A DNA stretch of 64,000 bases from Octopus sinensis (taxonomy: Eukaryota), in contig NC_042997.1 of NCBI RefSeq assembly GCF_006345805.1, positions 5,642,001-5,706,000 of the forward strand, written 5' to 3'. This document shows positions 55,853 through 64,000 of the stretch, piece after piece (position 1 is the stretch's first letter; each line of letters begins with the position of its first letter). The notes under the pieces are model-generated. The model saw only the letters and a program-made list of their open reading frames with translations, had not been told where the DNA came from and made no database searches. The position numbers and the translations under genes were made by a program.

Positions 55853-57414
55853 TACAAAATAAACAAATATGATAATAATGTACACTGTAAGTTCTAGTCC
55901 AAACTTGCCAAAATTTATTGACTTCTTTCCCATATTGTAATTTTCGCTTAGTATGTTGAATAACTTTGAGACTAACTGGTCTGCTGGAACAGCTGAAATT
56001 ATGATAGATTATTAGCTTGGCCAGCACGGACTGAATTTATATTTCTCTGATTTTTGCGACAACAGGGTACAAATATTGATAAGGACCTGATTTCAGCACC
56101 ACGTGCAAAGCTAGGCATGATAGGCAGTACTGATATTCATATCATAACGATAAGACATCTTTATACATAGTTAAATATGATATCACTACATGTTGTTAGA
56201 GTAAATTAAGTTGTTCACTAAGGGAATTATTCTTTTATTGTAAATGTATATTCAAGGTCAGCTACGAACGACCAGGTTAATGAATAAACTTCGCCCTGCT
56301 CGAAAAAGTTTGTTCCTTTTCAGAAGCAGCGTATATCGAAACACATTGCAAAATTCGACCATCCATTTCGAAAATAGCAGATGCGATTTCAGTCAGATTG
56401 AGTTGCTACGTCTACCATTTGCTTGAGGTAATGATACCAAGTGAACAGTGCCTGGTTGATTTGTCACTGCAAATCTAAAGTAATAGTTTTTCATTCACTC
56501 TATTCGTAAACCTTACAAATTTGGGCGGGAGAGTTTTAGAATCTTCCCTAAAGGATATTACTCTATCATTAGTAAATCTTCTAGGAATATTTGGCATAAA
56601 TGTTTCATATATAATCAAATACAAAGCTGAGTGGCAATATTTACTTTGTAAAGTAGTAAATATAATGATATTCTCTTTAGGATTGCTACCTATACCAATT
56701 TACTACAAACACAGTCGGCCATAGATAATCAAGAATATAAGTATTCAGCGTAAAGTTGTAGTAAGAATAAGAATAGTGAAAGGCAAAACTGAATAGAGTG
56801 GAATGTGAATTCAGAAAAGAGAAAGAAGCAATTAGAGACTGTAAGTTTTCTCATGGTTATGCTACACCAATAAATGTTAGTTTCAGAAGAATATATAAAT
56901 ATTAAAATACGAATGAAAAAAGGGACTTTTTCATATGGCAAATAATAACTCATACAAACGACAACTCGGCTGTGCAAGTTTTAGAAGACATAGATCAATG
57001 ACTGATTATGCTCAACAAATATGCTCACATAAGAAGACAGGAATCTGAAGCAATTAGCTATCGACTCTTACTGTTTGTGTTAAAAATTTTCGCAAATCTC
57101 TCATTCTTATTCCATGCGAAATTAAGCGTGTCGGTGTTCATCCGGTTACTGGGAATTGCTCGAAGATTATCTGAGAAAATTACATGAAATATAATTCAAT
57201 CCTAAGCATTCCTCACCCATTAGCTTCGAATCATGAAAATGGGGCGAAGGATTTGGCTTCTAGCTATCAAAGGTGTATTAGCAGGAAAACACATACACAT
57301 GTGCACGCACGCGCGCACACACGCACACACACATACATATATGCAGGCACACACACCTTCACTCACATACACACACGCTGCGAGTACATGCATGCAATTA
57401 TATGTGTGTGTGTA

Positions 57415-58894
57415 TGTGTGCGTATGTATGTTTGTGAGTGTGTGTGTATAATCACGAATGAATTAGTATTCTAAATTAGAAGAGAACGTAAGAAGAAAAA
57501 GTATGCAATGCACTAAGAATGGACTACATTAGAAAATTTATTATAAAGTTAAATACGTCAACATACAATATAAAAGGAAACGGATCTGATTTCTCGTAGG
57601 TGTGTAGCCTGAAAAAAAGTGTTGCAATCACGTAAAGGGATAATATATTGTTACAGAAATTAGTTATATTTGACATTCCCAACATAACACTTCTCACAAA
57701 CCTTGTTACATCTACCTATTGGTAATATCTTAGTACTGTATTGATTAAATAATTATGTGTCCACATTCTAACACAGACGTTGTTGTAAATATGACCATAG
57801 TATAAACCTGAATTCTTACACATCAGGTATTGAATTTGATTGCTATTAATCTATCGCTTTCATATGAACTTGGAATATTTTCCCGTATATATAACACATA
57901 CGAATACATATATATATACATACGTAAGTACATACATACACACACATATATTATATATGTTTACACACACATATACACACATATAATACATACATATATC
58001 ATATATATGTGTATTATATGTATATTATATAAAGATATATGTGTATGTGTATTCTTGTATGAATATATAGGATTGAGTGGCATGCATGTGTGAGAGAGAG
58101 TAAATGTGTGTGCGTTTGTTTGTCTCTTCGTTTCTATGTGTGAGTGTGTGTGTGTGCGTATGTATGTTTGTGAGTGTGTGTGTATAATCACGAATGAATT
58201 AGTATTCTAAATTAGAAGAGAACGTAAGAAGAAAAAGTATGCAATGCACTAAGAATGGACTACATTAGAAAATTTATTATAAAGTTAAATACGTCAACAT
58301 ACAATATATAAGGAAACGGATCTGATTTCTCGTAGGTGTGTAGCCTGAAAAAAAGTGTTGCAATCACGTAAAGGGATAATATATTGTTACAGAAATTAGT
58401 TATATTTGACATTCCCAACATAACACTTCTCACAAACCTTGTTACATCTACCTATTGGTAATATCTTAGTACTGTATTGATTAAATAATTATGTGTCCAC
58501 ATTCTAACACAGACGTTTGTTGTAAATATGACCATAGTAATAAACCTGAATTCTTACACATCAGGTAATTGAATTTGATTGCTATTAATCTATCGCTTTC
58601 ATATGAACTTGGAATATTTTCCCGTATATATACACATACGAATACATATATATATACATACGTAAGTACATACATACACACACATATATTATATATGTTT
58701 ACACACACATATACACACATATAATACATACATATATCAATATATATGTGTATTATATGTATATTATATAAAGATATATGTGTATGTGTATTCTTGTATG
58801 AATATATAGGATTGAGGGCATGCATGTGTGAGAGAGAGTAAATGTGTGTGCGTTTGTTTGTCTCTTCGTTTCTATGTGTGAGTGTGTGTGTGCG
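57415..58894. repeat. Tandem duplication, two copies, period ~736 bp
   Basis: CGTATGTATGTTTGTGAG at 57421 and 58157, ATCACGAATG at 57451 and 58187; copies differ mainly by 1-nt indels. Confidence 0.95.
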
Positions 58895-59435
58895 CGCTGT
58901 AAATTTATGAGATGAATAGTTAGAATGGTGATATATGAATATCATTCTAATATGTTGGTTCATGTGTTTATATGGTGTGTCTATTCCAATCGCACCAAGT
59001 GCCTCGTGATATAACAACGATACTTATCTATATTGGTGCAGCTGAAATTTCTGTTATGTTTTACAATGTCAATTTGGATAATATTTCGTAGAAATTTAAC
59101 AGGTACGTCCATTAAAATCGGTGGATTGTAAAGTGAACACCATTAAAATAACCGAAAGATCCAATATGGCAATATAGCAAGGTAAAACCTAAATTTAAGA
59201 CAAAATACATTTAAAACACAATACAATGAAGATAGACCTAATTATATCTTTCTGTCGTACCAATATTTACTGGGTTAGAAGGGGTTCGCCCCCCTGCTCG
59301 CCAATACATCGGATGCAGCTGTGCATCGTTAAATAGGTAAAGGAAATATCTTGGGGCTAAAAAATTGCAGTAGATTCCGCTCGAACGGACAGCGATGTTA
59401 AAGTGGCTATGAATATTACTTGTATGTATATGTGA

Positions 59436-59545
<110 letters not shown>

Positions 59546-59774
59546 CGGAGATGTACTCGCATAGCAAGTGATTTGATCTGAGATCGTGTGCTGGAACGAA
59601 AACAATTGCAGCGTGGAAGGTGTTTGTAAGCCATTTAAGAAACACACAAAAGCCGTTCGATTCACTTCAACATTTAAGTTTACTTTGTCAAAATATTTTC
59701 AACTTAAATGTTGAAGTGAATCGAACGGCTTTTGTTTCTTAAATGGCTTACAACAACTTCCACGCTGCAATTGT
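59546..59774. mobile_element. Family E copy folded back on itself (~75-bp arms, 20-nt spacer)
   Basis: 59602-59680 is the near reverse complement of 59701-59774. Confidence 0.9.
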
Positions 59775-59878
59775 ATATATATATATATATATATAAATTC
59801 CAACTGTATATATATATATATACACATATACATTCAGGAATATATATTATATATATATATATACACATATACATTCAG

Positions 59879-59964
<86 letters not shown>

Positions 59965-59992
59965 CTGAATGTATATGTGTATATATATATAT

Positions 59993-62440
59993 ACAGTTGA
60001 AATTTACAGGAAAACAAAAGACGAAGACAGTTGTATAAACAACAATCAGGTGTAATAGTTTGACGCTCGGGAAGGTAAATAGTCTTTTACGTTTCGAGCC
60101 TTCGCTCTTCAACAGAATGGAACACGATCAAATAATCAGAGATAATAAAGAAACTGAAAGCTTTTGAAGTTTGCCGTTAATCATGGCGACTGGTTAGACA
60201 AAATTAGTTAGACAGGTGGGCTATGAAGAAGGGGAGATGATAAAATGTGTGGATGATGTGGGTGCTGGAAAGTGGTCAGTGCTAGTGTGTGCGGGGTGGT
60301 GTGATGTGGTTGTGTATGTTGCGTTGCGGAGGTGTTGGGTTATGGGTTTGTGAGGGTGTGGATGTGATGGTAGGGGCGGAGTATATGGGAGTGAGGTGTG
60401 TGAGAGTAGAGTTGGATGGAGTAGGTATCGATGAAGGTAGAGTTTGGGTAGGAGTGAAGAGAGGAAGTAGGTGTCAGATGATGAGAGGAGAGGAGGGGAG
60501 TTAGATGAAGAGGGGATGAGAGTTGAGTAATGTGGCACAAATGATCGTAGAGAGATGATTATTTCCTGTTCACGGCGACAGCGGGAGTCCGGTTTGCCCC
60601 TGTGCAGAGACATTCCAAACTAAGACAGGTGTTGTAATAAATGACCGGTAGAGCGGAAATAGCGCGAGGCCGGATTTTCATTGCCGAATCTAATGTCTTG
60701 GAGGTGCTCCGCGTACCGGTCAGCCAAACGGCGTCCCGTTTGACCGATGTATAGAGAAGGACAGAAACAGCAAGAAATGCAGTAAATGATTTTGCTAGAA
60801 GTGCAGATAAAGAAATCAGATAGAAACGATGATAGGTGCTTGTGAGGATGGTAGTGTTGGAGAGGTAGGGGAAAGTGTGGCAGCATGAGCGGGAGCAGGA
60901 GAACGACCCAAACCTTTGGAGGTGGGGTTAGGGAAGATACAGTGTACAAAGATGTCACGTAGGTTGCGCGCTCGTTTGGGGAAGATGTGCGAAGTGGAGG
61001 TGTCGGACTGGAGTCGCCGGAAGGCTCGGAGAATGGTACGTTAGAATGGAGGGGTGATAGGTTGGGGAAAAGGGAGACGGCTAATGGTGGGGCGGGTGCG
61101 GGGAGAGAGAACAGAGGCACGATACACGGAAAGTGCTCTTGCAAGTTATGGATAGTGGTGAGGGAATATCCACAAAGGATGAATTTGAGACTGAGTTGAG
61201 ACTGCGTCTCAAAGTCATGGTTATCACTGCAGAGCCTACGCAGACGGAGGAATTAGGAGTAGAGGATGGAGAGCTTGGTTTGTGTCAGGTGGGGGGAGAA
61301 GAAGAAGTTGAGGTATGAGTGTAAGTCGCTGTGTTTTTATTACATGGATGTAGTACGAGCGGAGTTGTGTATGTTGACTGATATATCGAGAAAGGCGACG
61401 GAAGTGTTGGAAATGGTGCAGGAGAATTGAAGGGCAGGATGGAAGGACGGGACCAAAGAGAGGAAGGAGTCTAGTTGTTCGCGGGAGCGGGAGGTTACAC
61501 CGATACAGTCATCAATATAAGGACCGTATAGTGCTGGAGTGGGGCCAGTGACTCTTGAAAATATTTGATCCTCAATGTAGGCAACAAACAGTTTCTCATA
61601 GTTGGGGCCGATTCTCGTTCCCATGACCAATCCCGATACGTTGGTAAAATTCACTCACGAACGAGAAGCAGTTGAGGGAGAGAACAAGTTCAGCCTGACG
61701 AAGAGGTGTAGACGTGTGGATCGAAGGTCTAGGAAGTGGTGGGGACAAGCAGTTCTTCGTGATGAGGGATCACCGTATGTAGACTCTTGATATCAGAGTG
61801 AAGAAACGTTTAGAGGGGCCAGGAAGAGCATTGTTAATGTTGTGGATGTGTGAGAAGGAAGCCACTACGGGGGTATAGACACGGTCGAGGTGTTTCGAGG
61901 TCAGTTCCGTGGAGTAGTTACAGACGGAGACGATATGCCGGCCAGCCTTGTTGGATTAGGGGATTTTCAGAAGGAAGTAAATGCTGGAGTTGCGTGGAGT
62001 GCGGACAATGAGGTTGGAGACTGTGAGAGGAAGACGGTAGGAAGAGATGAGGTCATGGATGGTGGAGGACACAGTCTGTTGTGTAATAGGCGTTGGGTTG
62101 GAAGGCAAAGGGCAATAGAAGTAGGTGTCTTGAAGTCGGCGAAGAGCTTCGGCTTTGTAGAGGTATGCGTACCACACCACCAAGGCTCCACCGATGTCGG
62201 CCGGATTAATGATAAAGCATCTGCGGTGTCGGAGAAATCGAAGTGCCGAGAGTTCGGTTGGGTAGTTGTTCAGATGTCAGGAACGCCTGCGAAAATTAAA
62301 CTGGTCCACAATATATTCACAGATGCCTGCAAAATGATCAACGGCTAGGAACTGGCCAGTAGCTAGCGTCCAATGGGATGGTCGGCGGTCCAAATCGGTG
62401 AAGCATTTCTTTTCGTTTGATGTAGATGGAGTGTTGTGGA
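59993..62440 (-). pseudogene. Nearly full-length decayed Penelope-like element (probably Neptune group): RT, Cys linker, GIY-YIG endonuclease, 3' UTR, pseudo-LTR
   Basis: Minus strand: IINPADIGGALVVW, IYFLLKI, LVMGTRIGPNY, YIDDCIG, AFLDI, SILYS*FLRLRRLCSD, GSFSCSRSCCHTFP, CTSSKIIYCISCCFCPSLYIGQTGRRLADRYAEHL, RCRREQEII. C/T-rich 3' UTR, then the HHR-like tail. Confidence 0.96.
60086..60117 (-). ncRNA. Hammerhead-like motif with non-canonical core in the PLE tail
   Basis: Minus strand CTGTTGA-A-GAGC(GAAG)GCTC-GAAAC-GTA; U in place of A6, stem I only 2 bp. Confidence 0.6.
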
Positions 62441-62444
62441 TATA

Positions 62445-62494
<50 letters not shown>

Positions 62495-63544
62495 GGGTTT
62501 GTGTATATATACATACATACATACATACACACACACACATATATATATATACATTGATGAATCATGTCTTCAATCTATGCTCGTGGAGTAGTTGCGATTT
62601 TATCTAACGTATATGCAACCTTACATATACAAAATATATGTAATGATATTCCTATGACCTTGCACAGGAAACATTTTCCTACGGAGAGCTAATCAGTGTT
62701 TTATTATATTGCGAAAATGTAAGTTGTGATTAAACAATTCTTACTCTATAACGACTACAACTCGAAGACTACAAGTATGTATGTTTGGAACAGAGATAAA
62801 TGCAAAGCAATAAATGAAAACCATTGAAAAATAAAACTCATTATCTTTTATGCTCCAAGATATTTATGTTTTACAGAGAATATAACAAAATTACTATAGA
62901 CTTCTTAAATATTTATGAGCACGTCATAGTGATTGGTTAATTTTATCTACTTTTAGCATAAAGTTAATGATGATTGCTTTTCTTTTGTATGCACGTTTAT
63001 AACGTGTTTGAGCGAGCGATGTGTGTATGTATTTGAATGAGTGTGTGTGTGTGTGTGTGTGTGTGCGCGTTTAACGCAGTAATAATTAGGGAAATTACTT
63101 TGAAGCAATTGATCAATATTCCTCGATTGATACAGACGGTACTGAAATGCATGCAAGAATATGGATATACCCCAGTGTTTCCATGAAGAAGTACGAGGGC
63201 GAGGAAGTCTATGTAAAAATAAATCTTAGTTGTTTAAAGAAATATAGATCAGAATAATGTAAACCCTGCTGATATAGTGTCATTGAGAAAATAGTACACG
63301 CACCAACATTATATATGAATATTTAGCGGTCTAGAATTACGTACTATAATTCCTTAATCATATTTAAAGCGATCGCTTATTTCAATTGTTCATCCTTGGC
63401 CTATTTGCGCACACAATATTTCTGATGACAAAATCAAGTCTACGTTATGTGGCTTATGGAATAACCTTTTACAGCTCAACAGTATCATTGAATGTGCAAA
63501 ATCCCACAAACAACTACATACACCACAAGAAATATTCTTAAATA

Positions 63545-64000
63545 CATCTTGGTTCACAATCACCTATCAACCTCACCCTTTTTCTGCCTCTCTGTTTACA
63601 GTGCCAAACTAACAGCGGAGCTTGAAGCAATACAACGCAACTACTCTAAAAAGTATGAAAGAGTGCAATGGAAGAGCTACTTAATTAGGCTGAGAAAACT
63701 GCAACTTTACTCCCTGTACTTAAGGCACAAGATATACGAAATACAATCTACAAATGGAAAACTCAAGAAGGGCTAGTGCCTAATTTCGGCATTGAGTTTT
63801 ATACAAATGCAAGAAATAGTCGCCATTGTATTGTACCAAAGGTACCATCCAATGTATCTAAATTCAGGACGAGGTACTGCAATACTATAGGGTTCAAAAT
63901 CCCACAGATATCCAATGTCCTATCACAAAAATTAAGAAATCTGCATAAAGTGTAAGTAGATGCCTTCAAAAAGGAAAAAAGACATCCTCCTATCCACAAT
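63545..64000 (+). pseudogene. CR1/L2-group LINE RT C-terminal relic (runs off window)
   Basis: AELEAIQRNYSKK...SYLIRLRKLQLYSLYLR, then LVPNFGIEFYTNARNSRHCIVPKVPS...RTRYCNTIGFK; same motif series as 23375-24100. Confidence 0.85.

Noticed and set aside
59270-59400. GGGGTTCGCCCC and GATGCAGCTGTGCATC hairpins, possibly a Helitron/HINE end (similar weak motif at 15821-15840)
   Set aside because: Too short and degenerate to assign without a repeat library.

Overview
Eukaryotic, AT-rich, non-coding-looking window dominated by microsatellites and interspersed repeats, with one 100-N scaffold gap (13433-13532). The repeat landscape resembles an octopus/coleoid cephalopod genome; this is an inference and was not verified by search. 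I could not identify any intact host protein-coding gene, and nearly all long ORFs in the supplied track are microsatellite artefacts. Recognisable content: two decayed Penelope-like retroelements (PLEs, probably Neptune group), one nearly full length with RT and GIY-YIG; three CR1/L2-type LINE 3' relics; an R4/Dong-type RLE LINE relic; a mariner transposase fragment; about 15 tRNA-derived SINE copies in four families; and MITE-like foldbacks. The most interesting signal is a set of hammerhead-ribozyme (HHR) and HHR-like modules. One HHR has an intact core (55477-55522) and sits in a short non-coding element with a tRNA-like Pol III head, arranged back-to-back with an inverted partner. Non-canonical HHR-like cores occur in both PLE tails, and a 686-nt repeat-spacer-repeat unit has a retrozyme-like layout. 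The PLE-type tails consistently end in (TA)n tracts. Element boundaries are approximate and were read by eye.
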